The translations under genes and the position numbers were made by a program. The notes under the pieces were generated by a model. That model saw nothing but the letters and a program-made list of their open reading frames with translations. It ran no database searches and had not been told where the DNA came from. This document shows positions 52,119 to 64,000 of a stretch of 64,000 nucleotides of DNA, in pieces (position 1 is the stretch's first letter; the number at the start of each line of letters is the position of its first letter). Location of the stretch: contig NC_058368.1 in the NCBI RefSeq assembly GCF_018350175.1, forward strand, positions 156,242,001 through 156,306,000. The letters are read 5' to 3'. This DNA is from Felis catus. Its lineage: Eukaryota.

Positions 52119-55100
52119 ATGAATAAACTGTAAAAAACAAAGAAAGAAACTTTTGAGTTAGGACGCTCTGTTATTTATTGCTTTATATCACTAATCCTCA
52201 CAATAGCAATTTAGAGAGGCTCTTGCATGGTTCAGACAGCTTCAAGAAAGTTCACACCTAGTGTAGGGGTTATGCCAATCTAAAGTTTACAGCATTTTCA
52301 AAAAAATTCAAATGTGAAATACTCCTCCAGCTTCTAATCAATGGCAGAGTCATCCTGGGAGTACAAGAGTAAGCTGGAACTGATCGGAGTCAGCCTGGCA
52401 TTAGATCCCAAAGCACATCTTTTTTTCCCCTCTCTCTTAAATTTACATCTAACTTGGGGGGTGCCTGGGTGGCTCAGTTGGTTAAGCGTTGGACTCGATA
52501 TCAGCTCAGGTCATGATCTCAAGGTGGTGAGACTAGACTACATCTTTATTTCCACTGCCTGGATAAATTCAATCATTGTGCTGGGCAACAGGTTTGACTG
52601 GAAGTTATAAGTGAGGGTTTGACAACATCCATGTAGGAAGGCACATACAGCATGCATTGTTCTATACTGCCTCTGGGAAAGAAGACAGTTTTAGCATTGC
52701 TGGAGAACAATTTTTCAACAGCTAAGTGTACAACTTCTAAGAAATCATCTTGTAGATAAACTCTCATAATGAAGGAAGAATGTACATATGCATGCATGTG
52801 TGAAGTAAAGGCAGAGAGACTGCAAAGAATATAACGTTCATCAAGAAGGAATTGGGTTGGGGTGCCTGGGTGGCTCAGTTGGTTAAACATCTGACTCGAC
52901 TTTGGCTCAGGTCCTGATCTCACGGTGTGAATTCGAGCCCCATATTGGGGTCTGCATTGACAGGGCAGGGATACTCTCTCACCTCTCTCTACCTCTCTCT
53001 CAAAACAAAAACAAAAACAAAAAAACTTCAGAAAAAAGAGGGAAATGGCTTAATAAATTGTTGCACACCTAAATGAGTGAAATCTAAAAGATGAGGTAAA
53101 ATTATATGGAGAGATTTAAAAAATGTATTAGGTAAAAAAAAAAATCTAACTATAGTACATCATATAGTTCCCATTTGTATAAAAAGGTAAAGTATGTTTG
53201 GGTGCATGCATACATATGCAGAGACTACTTCTGGATAGTTTTACAATAATTTAACCATATAGGTTACTTCTAAAGAATAAGACTACGAGGGTCAGAGCCT
53301 ACCCTTCTGTACTGAACTTTTCCTCATATATGCCTTTCTCTGCTGTCTGAAATCTTCCATGAGTCATACTCATGTATGTATTTTCAAATACATAATGGAA
53401 AAGAAAACTAGCATGTGATGACAGCATCTTCTATCACATACTACTCATCTAGCCTCACACTAGTTAAAGATAAAGCAAACACAATAGATGCCTAATTGAC
53501 TGTCTTCTAGCCTACTTTGTGCCAGGACTATTTAAGGCAGTGTTGAGCAGCTGAAGTCTTTAATGTTTATTTATTTATTTTGAGAGAAAAAGAGAGCGCG
53601 AGCAAGGGAGGGGCAGAGGGAGAGAGGGAGAGAAAGAATTCCAAGCAGGCTCTTCAATGTCAGCATGGAGCCTGACACGGGGCCAAACTCACAAACTGTG
53701 GTATCATGACCTGAGCCAAAACCAAGAGTTGGATGCTTAACTGACTGAGCCACCCAGATGCCCTGAGCACTTGAAGTCTTTAAAGTATAGATGAAGGAAG
53801 TAATAATCCCAGTTTCCAAATCCCCCGATCCACCCCTCAGCTCCCTTACCATCCCAAAGAAAAATATTTAGTCTAGACATTCTAAAATTAGGACTGTAAT
53901 TAACAAAGGCTATGTTGTGTTAGTGGGACTCTTTATTTTTTTTTAAATATATATTTTTAAGGTTTATTTATTTTGAGAGAGAGAGTGTGTGTGTGAGAGT
54001 GAGCAGGGGAGGGGCAGAGAGAGAGGGAGAGACAGAATCCCAAGAAGGCTCCACTGTCAGCACAGCACCTGATGCAGGGCTCAAACTTGGAAACTCACGA
54101 ATGACGAGATCATGACCTAAGCTGAAATTAAGAGTTGGATGCTTAACTGACTGAGCCACACAGGTGCCCCTCTTTTTATTTTTTTAAAAGTTTCTTTGTT
54201 TGTTTACGTAAGTAAGTAAGTAAACTCTACACCCAACATGGGGCTCGAACTCAAGACCCCAAGATCAAGTCACATGTTCCTCTGACTGATCCTGCCAGGT
54301 GCCCCTGATAGTGACTCTTTTTAGACAAAGTGTTGACTCTGCTGAATCCCTGACTAGGCGCTTTCCAGGGAAAACTGGCAGGGTTGGGTTAGATCTCAGG
54401 GCATGGATCTAACAGGAAAGATGAGCCAGCCACAGCAGTCACATCTCATTACCATGGCTCAGTTCTCTTTTAGTATCTCTGTCCTATTCTTTCCCTCAGA
54501 GGTGGGCCAGGTCTTCACCAGGCACCCCTGATTCTTAGCTCAAGAGGACTTACTTCCTAGTGGCCAATTAACTACCTTTCTCCCTGAGAAACAGGGGCCT
54601 AACTATTGTTGGCTCAATCTTATTGTTGGATGGATATTTAGTATACTATTGTTCTATTTTTGTTATCATAACAACTTACAAACAAGCAGACACTTGCTTC
54701 CTGCTATTTCCCATGGAAAGATAATGACAATAATAATCCTTAAAAATATCTTAAATTTGGGGCACCTGGGTGGCTCAGTCCGTTAAGTGTCCAACTTCTG
54801 CTCAGATCATGATCTCGTGGTTCATGGATTCGAGCCCTGCATTGGGCTCTGTGCTGACAGCTCAGAGCCTGGAGCCTGCTTCAGATTCTGTGTCTCCCTC
54901 TCTCTCTCTCTGCCCTTCTACTGCTCACACTCTGTCTCTCTCTTTCTCTCAAAAATAACATTAACAAAAATAAAAAGGAATCATCAAATAAAAATCCGTT
55001 GTTGCCTTATACATTCTGGACCAAGAGCAGGTGAAGCTAACACACATAAAAATAAAAGTTACACTTTTTAAAAATGTCAAACACTTAAAACCCATGTGTT

Positions 55101-57860
55101 GCTTGAAAGGATCACTTAATCATCTGATGAGCTACTTTACCTTACCTAAAGCAGAGGTCTAAGGGCAGTATTGCAGGCACACAACACAGGACTATGCAGA
55201 AAAGAGTTAGGAACACCACAGACATTCAAATAAGGAGCTAACAGAGAAAAAAACGAGGGAAGAAAGCAGGTCCACAAGCCACCATGAAACATGGCTCATC
55301 TTTCCTGTCTTCTCGCCTATCTCCAATTCTACCTGTACGCATCACTAGACTTTAGGTTGAGAGCTTCAGTAGGAGGACCAGATAAATTTAAAAAGCAGCA
55401 AATGTAAATGAAGTCATGGAAAGTTTAGGTTACAGAGCTGAGGCCCAGGATGCTGTTTGCCTGGAGGCATTATTCATTCTGAGAAGGACAAGAGCCCCGA
55501 TAGGGGAAACTGAAAATGCCTATTTAAGTCTCACTCTAGGTTCAAGGATAGATGGGGAAAGCTTTTGGGTTTCCTTCCATGTAGCCTAGTCTTGTGGAGT
55601 AATTTAGGAGAAGAGGTACAGATTCTGTCAGACGAATACATGAGAATAGAGAAACACATGAGAGAAGTACAAACACTAAACTTAAAAAAGGAGTATGTAT
55701 ATATTAGTATCCCGTTTTTATTCCTAAGTAAGTGCCAAAATACTGCCACAAATAGTAATAGTACAGTGTATGAAATGACTAATTTTCACTTTATCTGATT
55801 TGCTATGGCCATGAAATATATTAACGTGAATATGTGTGTCCACTGGCAGATTTGTGGTTCTATCATGACAAGCCCAATGTTGACAGCTTATTTGAAGATT
55901 TCTTTTGGTTATTTCTTTCAGAACTTTAGGCCATCGTGTGGAAAACTTCCCCCCAAGTCTTCATATATAAATATAAAAAAATTAAGCATTATGTGGAAAA
56001 TAAATGTAATGTATGGAATATGTATCCTCTGTAAATAAGCATGACTAAATTTACAGAAACCATGTATCTAATGTCCTGTCACAATTTAAAGTTAATGCTC
56101 TGCACCCCGCAGGCCTCTCCTGGATTAAGGCAAATATTATCTATGATAACACTTCTTGTTGTTTTTGTAGGTAAAACTTAGGTCTTGAAGGACACACAAA
56201 GACCTTCTATATTTAGAAAACAGAAAGGTAAAATAAACTTTTAATGATAAAATTGTATCTATCCAACTGAAAGTTAAGAGGAAAAAAAATATTCTTGTGA
56301 TTCCAATAAAACTTCTACTCTTCAGTATCTTTTTCAACTATTAAGATCCATTTAGCTCAAAAAATATTTCAGTGACGTGCGGTTTTCAGTTACTGAACTA
56401 ATGTGAGTACAACATTCATAGTATTCCTCTTTGGCAAGTTACTTACCTTCTTGTTACCAATTTTGATATGTGTTAAAAGTAAATAATTTGCGATCACTGA
56501 TTTCCACGGTCAGACTTAAGAGTCACCTAGCTCTGACTTGAATGGAAATGATGATGTAGAAGAGAAAATGGCCTGAGAGAATGACAGCCTCTCTTGAAGG
56601 GCAGGTGAAGGTTCACTGACCCCTGGGCACTCTACTCCATTCTGGTGAATCACTGCTTTGGGGAAACAAAAGACCCTGTGGCTCGTAAAACCTGATGATA
56701 TTAAGAAGAGGGAAGGATTTTATACTTAGAATTCAGGGTCACTGCTAGAAACACAACTTTAAAAATTCAAGGGTAAGGAAAAATACCATATTTAAAAATG
56801 AATTACTTGTGTTTTTTCCTTTAAAAAGTATCTGGTAAACCCATATCATACAGATGTTCATTACTTATTCAATGTACACCATTGAGAGATAAATAGAACT
56901 GTTAGAATACAAAAATGCCAAGGGTAATTCAACTACTGCAGTGTAAGTGTGGCATAACTGATTCGTCATGACATACAATTTTCTAAAAGCTATTCTGTTA
57001 GAAGGCAATAAATGAGTGCATAAATGATTTACATTCTTCTGAGCCATGGTTATTATTCAGTATTTTATTCTAAAAAATATATACACCCTATACTATTATG
57101 TTTATTCTCTAGAGTATAATAAAAACATAATTGAATTTGATGAAAAATAGACTTTATTCTAAATGTAGCATACAGCACATACAGCTACTCCCTTATTTTA
57201 TCCCTTGTGAAGATCAATGGTCACTTGAGGTGGTTCTGTTCTAGGTTTGTTTTAATATATGGGCAATAAAATATTTTTAATTTAAAAATTATATCCTTAT
57301 ATTCCATGTCATATTTCCTTTTTAATAACATGAGTTTTGACCTAAATAACAACTTATGAATGCAAAATACAATATTTTAATCACTGTTTTACTTCTGAGC
57401 ATGATTTCTTATTGACCAGGTAGGGCAGGAAATTAACTACAGATGGTATAGCAAATAAAAAACGAAGCATTCTATAACAAAAGCATCAGAGTTCAGTGAT
57501 TTGTTTTATTTTGAAAAAGCCTAAATGCTATTATGAAAAAAGGTTACCTTTTAAAAATTATTTAAAATTTGTTTCAATATAACCATCTCTGGAATTTAGA
57601 TAAATTACTTACAAATATATTTAAGCTAATACTATTTCCATTTATAAGTTTCTTTGGGTTAAAAACTGTGCCATAAAATATCCAAATATATAATATATAA
57701 ATTACATAATATGTAATTATACTAAAGTTTAACACAGTTATTTTATATTTATATACAAATTATAATACACACTCTATAGTATGGTTAAATCATACATATA
57801 TGCTATCTTTAAAAAAACTATACATAAACACATACACATATGTATGTGTGTATGCATATA

Positions 57861-57910
<50 letters not shown>

Positions 57911-58079
57911 GATGTATGTATATACGTATATATGTATGTATATTGTAAGGGCAATGCAAATTAAAAATAAAAGGCTTAATTCTCTCTGATGAAAATAAGG
58001 GAATGGATTTCCCTCTCTTCCTTTTACTTATTTATCTTTGAACTTTATAATTTTAAGTATTTTTTCATCTCTTTGAAAT

Positions 58080-58630
58080 ATATCCCTTAGAAGACTAGAT
58101 TAGATCTTTTGTCAGCTTTCTCAACCAGGACTATCTCAAGAACCTGGAAGCCATCTTTTCCAAATGCAGACACCAAGCGCAATGGCTCCTGGCTCCAGTT
58201 CCTGATGAAGGGCAAGGACTAATTTCAGTGGTTGCTTTGTTCCAATCTGCAAAATCACTCTGTCCTAAAGATATGAGAAGTGTGTTTGTCTTCAGGATAA
58301 AGACAATTAGCTAATGAAGGTATCCTCTAACACAGGTAAAATTAGGATGAACTATGCGTGAAAAAATATGCTGCCATGCCAAATCCTCTATGTGAGGACT
58401 AGCTACTGTTTATCTTGAAAACATGTTTGTTATGGATTGTATCTACCAGGTTATATGAAGGGGTGCGGTGCCCAGCTCTGACTTGCCAATCTCTTAGCAG
58501 ACAGCCTGTGATATGCAATGCATTCTGGTTTAACCCCTGTTGAATAACAGAAGCGTTTTTATTCTCTTCTGCCTTTGTAGAGGGAATGTCTGGGATGGGA
58601 GATTTTGGTTTTAATTATAATTCCCCCAAA
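58080..58630. mobile_element. Probable solo LTR relic
   Basis: LTR-like composition with a U3/R-like tail (gcctgtgatatgcaatgcattctggtttaa...aataacagaagcgttttt) ending ttcccccaa. Family not assigned. Confidence 0.5.
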
Positions 58631-59751
58631 ATATGCTTTCTTCTGAATTTAAGTTATTTATGCCCTTTGTTATGACAAAAAATAGACTGCATTCTTATAT
58701 AAAACATGAAAAAAAAATCATAGATAGGAACATTTCACTTGCTTGGTTCGGTTTCTTGGACAATTCAATATTAACTATACCTTATATTTTAAAAAAGGAA
58801 ATACTAGGTCTCATTCTATATTAGAAATTTGTACTGTGGTTTGCATATTTATAACCTACATGAGGTGAATTATTAGAACCTTTGACCAAAAGGATCCAAA
58901 TAGGTGAACTGATTCTAGGACCCAAAACACATATAAAGACAAAGTCTCTTCCATCTAATGGCAAACTGCTTAACTGTCCCATTACTCCTAATGTTTGGTA
59001 GCACTAACTTTTGGAGTAGGTGATAAAGATTAATCTTGCAGAGCAACTCTCTATGGAGTCTCTGGTCTTCCACGTGGGAAGGTGACTTATAATGACAAAT
59101 GTTACATAAAAATAATACATTTTTTTTTTTGGTCTCTTTCAACAACTCAAGCAATGCATGGCCTTATACTACCATTTTAATACTGTAATTTGAAAATTTT
59201 AACTTCTGTGCTTATCTATCAAGTGAAGCTGCTTAACTCTAAACATATTAATGAAAATCCAGGTCATCAATATTGGCAAACTCTAAGAAAACATTAGTAG
59301 AAATTCAATAAACTTTAATTTACCTATTTGAAGGCAGTGCCTAAATTTTTGAGTCACATTTGCTTAAAAAAGTTTTTTTTAAATTTATTTTTGAGAGAGT
59401 GTTGCACGTGTGGGGAAAGGCAGAGACAGGGAAACAGAGGTTAGTAGGCGGGCTCCACAGTGATAGCAGAGAGCCTGATGTGGGACTCGAACCTCATGAA
59501 CCACGAGATCATGACCTGAGCCAAAGACGGACGAACGCTTTAAGGACTGAGCCACCCAGGAACCCCTTGAGTCTTAAAGTACTAATAATGTTAAATTCTA
59601 GGGAAGAGGGTTTAATCAATTTTTTTCAGGAAAATTAATAATATGAAAACCTGAAATGATCTAAGAGTAGAAAACACTAAAACTAGACCAGGTAAAGTTT
59701 GTGTAAATGAAACATGAAACCAACTAGTTTTAAATAATTAACAATATTTAC

Positions 59752-59882
59752 CTTGTAGCATTTTGTTCTATCTTTTCATCAATGTCACTGAAGATCTGCT
59801 TAAACTCCAAGTCTCCAGGAAGTGAATTTAACAAACAATGTAGGTCAAAAGAAGTATGGAAATATTTATCTCCCCAATCCAT
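59752..59882 (-). CDS. KIAA0825: KIAA0825 first coding exon ([44 protein letters not shown])
   Basis: Hand translation matches the recalled KIAA0825 N-terminus ([20 protein letters not shown]...). The acceptor cag| lies 1 nt before the ATG (exon starts 59883) and the donor is AG|gtaaat. 131 coding nt, phase 2. Confidence 0.95.
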
Positions 59883-61934
59883 TCTGTGGAATAAGAATAA
59901 AAAGCATGTCACATCCTCAAAAATAAAGAAAAAAAAAACACCTCAAGTTGTGATCCTAAACCAAAAATAATAATTCTCATTTATAGGTAAAATGAAATAC
60001 AGCAGTAGGAAAACTAGGGTATTGTTAAACTAGGTATAGAGTGCTTTGTTATTTAATTTGCATGAGGTGTGACCTGATTTTCACACTTCTCTATGGTTTG
60101 AAAGCTGAACAAAACCGCACCCCTCAGAGAGTACTCAAGCATCCTGCTGCTTCTCACTGTAACCAAGAGCTGCAAAGGCGATCCCAAACCACATAGACCA
60201 CTGTGAACAAGGGTGGCGGCAACAAGAATTCAACACCTTCCCTCCACCCTTGTCAACACACTGACCTGGAAATTGTAACTTCCAAATTTCCAAGTGTCAT
60301 CCCATACCCCTTATTTATATGTGAAGAAGGCAGAATTTTCCTTGAATTCCTCTATCACCTCTGTCAACCTAAGTACTTATAACTGACTAAAACTTACATA
60401 TTCTACTCTTCCTAGAGAGACATGCATTTTCCCACTATCAAATCATTCATTCAGTCAGTGCATATATATTCTTGAATGTTTGATATGTAAAAGGCACTGC
60501 TGTGGAAGCTGGGGATACAACTGCAACAAGTCAAAGTCTCTGCCCTCATGGAGTTTTTATCTCATTTAAGAACACATAAACAGGTATACTTTATAAAAGA
60601 TCACATGGTGAGAAGTGCTGTGAATACAAGAAAGCGGGGCAATGGAACAGACTAAAAATGATGGAGATGGGGTAGAACGTGATCTATTTTATTTAGGGAT
60701 ATGTTATTTTTGGATATAAAGTAGTGCTTATAAAGTACATAATGACTAACGGTATAAATGAAATGAGAAATTTAAATTATAAGAAATATACACGGAATAA
60801 ATATTAACAAGAAAAAGGATTGGGGAATGTGGTTTTATTTCAGATAAACCCTAAATACTTGACAAATTGTCTAAAAAGTTTTGCAGAGGCTACAACACTA
60901 ATGGACTTCCTATTCTTTAGTTCTTTAATTGCAACAAATTCAGCTAATTCATTATCCAAAACAAAATAGCTGAATTTCACACAGGCATCATCTGGAACTT
61001 CAATGAGGTAGTCTTGGGATAAAGCTTTTATTTTTTGCACAGATTTTATTTTAAAAGGGAAACATCCAACTAAAACATTTTAATATAAAAGTCGGTGGCA
61101 TCACAAGGTTTGTCATTTGTAAACTCAATTAGTCCCAATACAGAATAATCACAGAAATGTCATTCTAAAATACATAAATTCTCATGTATTTAGATCCTCT
61201 TTTTAAAATATTTTGCAGTAAAAGGTATAGAAAACCATATATTCACCAGAAATTATATACCTTTAGGGTACCAAAACCTCAGTTTTTCCATATAAGCAGA
61301 GTCTGAGATCTTCTTACCTCCCTAGTCATTTCTAAATCCAATGGCCAATATTACTAATAATGAATTCAGCTTCTGTATTTGCATGTTTTTGGATCATTTG
61401 GGGTAGTTCAACTCTTCAGATGACTCATTCAAAAACTGTTGCAAGAAAATAAAATTTCGCTTTTGCAGTGAAAAAATTTGATTGGCTGAGGGTCTGTAGA
61501 AAGCTCAAACTTAGTAAATACTTTGGAACTAGCTTCTCTAACAGAACCAGTTATATATCAATACTCTGCTAAGACTTGTCTTATCAATACTAGAAAGTCT
61601 CATAAGCTCAGATTCTACATATTTAAAACATAAGAAAATAGGCATAGAGATCAGTTTAAATATAGTAGCAAAATAGCAATATGACTTGTTATATATCTAC
61701 TGTGTACAAACATATACGTCATCTTCCTTAATTCTCATAATTCTACAAAATAGTTATTACCCTCATTTATAAGGGAAGGAACCTGGGCCCAGAGACATTA
61801 ACTAACATGCCCGTGTAGCAGCTACTTACTGTTAGAAGTAGAATTTGAACTGGATCTATTTGGTTCTAAATTTTAAGGCTACCTCATCTCTTGAGAAATG
61901 AATCACTGCCTACAGAGTAATTTTGCAGAAATAT

Positions 61935-62655
61935 TTTTTTTTAACATTTTTATTTATTTTTGAGACAGAGAGAGACAGAGCATGAACGGGGGACTGTCAG
62001 AGAGAGAGGGAGGCACAGAATCTGAAACAAGCTCCAGGCTCTGAGCTGTCAGCACAGAGCCCGACTCGGGGCTCGAACTCAAGGACCACGAGATCACGAC
62101 CTGAGCTGAAGTCGGACGTTCAACCGACTGAGCCACTCCGTCGCCCCAGAAATATTTTTTTAAAGATTATATATTTTTGAGAGAGACTGTGTGTGCACAC
62201 ACATGCATGAGCAGAAGGGAAGAGAGAGGGGGAGAGAGAGAATCCGGAGCAGGCTCGGCATTGTTAGCACACAGCCGGATGCGGACATCAGTCTCACAAA
62301 CCCTGAGACCATGACCTGAGCTGGAACAAAGAGTGGGATGTTTAACCAGCTGAGCCGCCCAGGCGCCCCACAGTTTTGTGGAAATATTAACCAATATGCT
62401 AAAATGGTTATCCCTGGGGGCGCCTGGGTGGCTCAGTCGGTTAAGCGTCCGACTTCGGCTCGGGTGATGATCTTGCGGTTGGTGAGTTCAAGCCCGGTGT
62501 CAGGCTCTGTGCTGATGGCTCAGAGCCTGGAGCCTGTTTCGGATTCTGTGTCTCCCTCTCTCTCTGACCCTCCCCCATTCATGCTCTGTCTCTCTCTCTG
62601 TCTCAAAAATAAATCAACGTTAAACATTTTTTTTTTAATAAAAAAATAAAAAAAA
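61935..62655. mobile_element. Cluster of three CAN-SINEs (two minus, one plus)
   Basis: SINE heads at about 62147 (-), 62369 (-) and 62416 (+). The plus copy has the TSD aaaatggttatccctgg. Confidence 0.9.
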
Positions 62656-62764
62656 TAAAATGGTTATCCCTGGATATTTTGACTACTGTTGATATTTATT
62701 TTCTTTATACTTAGCATTTTCCTATATTTTTGCAGTGAGTACTTTTACACACGTTAAAAAGCAA

Positions 62765-63185
62765 AATTCAACCAAGTGAATGTGGAGATCTAATTGGGTT
62801 TGCTAAACTATTCATGAATCAGGCAGCACTTTAGCAAAAAGAGAGGCACTCCCGGGAGGTGTGAAAAATGAAGGGTTTTTATAGAGGAGGGTGGGGACAT
62901 AAGAGTTATTAACAAAAGCAGTGTGTTGTTCCAGACAAGGCTGTTTTCTAGGGGAAAAAGTATGAGGTCTTATCATGCAGAATACCTCATCTTTCTCTAG
63001 AGGATAGAGAGGACTCAAGTGGCAGACTTATTGGCATTGACGGAAAGGAAAATTTCCTGAATAACTAGGTAAGGCCATATTTCTGGTGGAAGCTGAAAAT
63101 GCAATTAGATTGGATATTAAGCTCCAGTTTGGGAACTTGGTCTGAGCGACACCTTTCTGGGCCTGTGGTTTTCCTTTTTGTTAAA
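62765..63185. mobile_element. Probable solo LTR relic
   Basis: tgaatgtggagatctaattgggtttgctaaactattcatgaatcaggcagcac...gggcctgtggttttcctttttgttaa resembles an ERV LTR. Confidence 0.5.
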
Positions 63186-64000
63186 ACATATATAATGAAG
63201 GCAAATACTTTAAAAAGAAATTATGCCTGCTCTCATGGAGCTTTTGATCGTACATTTTGTCTTCATTTGAAACCTCTTCGAACCTTAACACCTCTCTTGC
63301 CAATTTGAATTCATCATTACTCTCAAAATCAAATTCAAAACTTACATAATCCTTCAATATCTCTTGACTACCATTTCACTAAACTTTTTGTATTATTTTG
63401 TGGTATTTGTGCTTGCAAATGCTGTTAAAGGAAAATGTGCTGTTCTGTGCTATGTTGGTATTAAATGCATGTTATGTCTTTCATTGAAATGGAGTAAAAC
63501 AACAATGGGCTGAAACATGTTGAGCATTCAGATGGGGTTGGTGACATCATTTTAAAGGATTCCCGATACAGAGTTGTGTGATTTTTCTCTATCTAACCTC
63601 AGTAGATAAGTTAATCAATCAATACAAATAATACATTAAAGAAGTGCCACTTGGTAACAACAGGGTACCAGAATGATGATGGTTCAGAATTTTCATGTGA
63701 CCACCATAGATCTATGATGCTTCTGTATTTAAGATATGGTTCCATGGTCATGAAAGACAAGAGAAGCAAGAATGACATTTATAGGTAAAGAGAGAGCAAG
63801 GATAAGAGAGAAAACTTGATTGGCAAAATAGAACAAATAGGATGAGAAAATTAACCTGAACAAATAGAGACGCACAGGACCAACAGAAGAAATAAATTAA
63901 AAAGGGAGAGTAGCCTGTGTAAGTGATGCTACAAAGTGTGAATTTAAAGGTTTTCTCAATGGAATGGCAGTGATCCCTGCAGGAATGTGGTGACAAAAAA

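Larger units (their letters stand above)
4820..59565. repeat. Dispersed CAN-SINE copies starting near 4820, 6994, 9829, 11213, 11734, 11838, 19159, 20686, 21190, 27476, 33410, 35803, 38979, 47041, 49400, 50481, 51931, 52457, 52859, 53560, 53960, 54759, 59380
   Basis: tRNA-derived head ggg(g/t)gcctgggtggctcagt, (CT)n tract and A-rich tail. These copies explain many of the short 'MAQSV...' ORFs in the track. Confidence 0.9.

Overview
This is felid (cat-family) genomic DNA: AT-rich and dense in carnivore tRNA-derived CAN-SINEs, with L1/L2 relics and microsatellites. The minus strand carries the first four coding exons of KIAA0825 (59882-59752, 45148-44980, 41973-41304, 4684-4523), all with canonical AG/GT sites and consistent phases. 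The main unexpected signal lies in the 36.6-kb intron after the third coding exon and in the intron after the fourth. It is a colinear, same-strand series of about nine decayed coding blocks that, translated by hand, resemble a whole vertebrate DIRS1-type tyrosine-recombinase retrotransposon (gag/LAP2alpha-like, RT, RNase H, Dam-like methyltransferase, tyrosine recombinase). Most blocks have splice-acceptor/donor boundaries and several junctions are phase-compatible. One genuine KIAA0825 exon sits between the two recombinase halves. My inference is a domesticated, intron-containing DIRS-derived gene or KIAA0825 isoform that is now a pseudogene in this lineage (stops, frameshifts, a SINE insertion). 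All protein similarities were judged by eye against recalled DIRS1 motifs and need HMM/tBLASTn confirmation.
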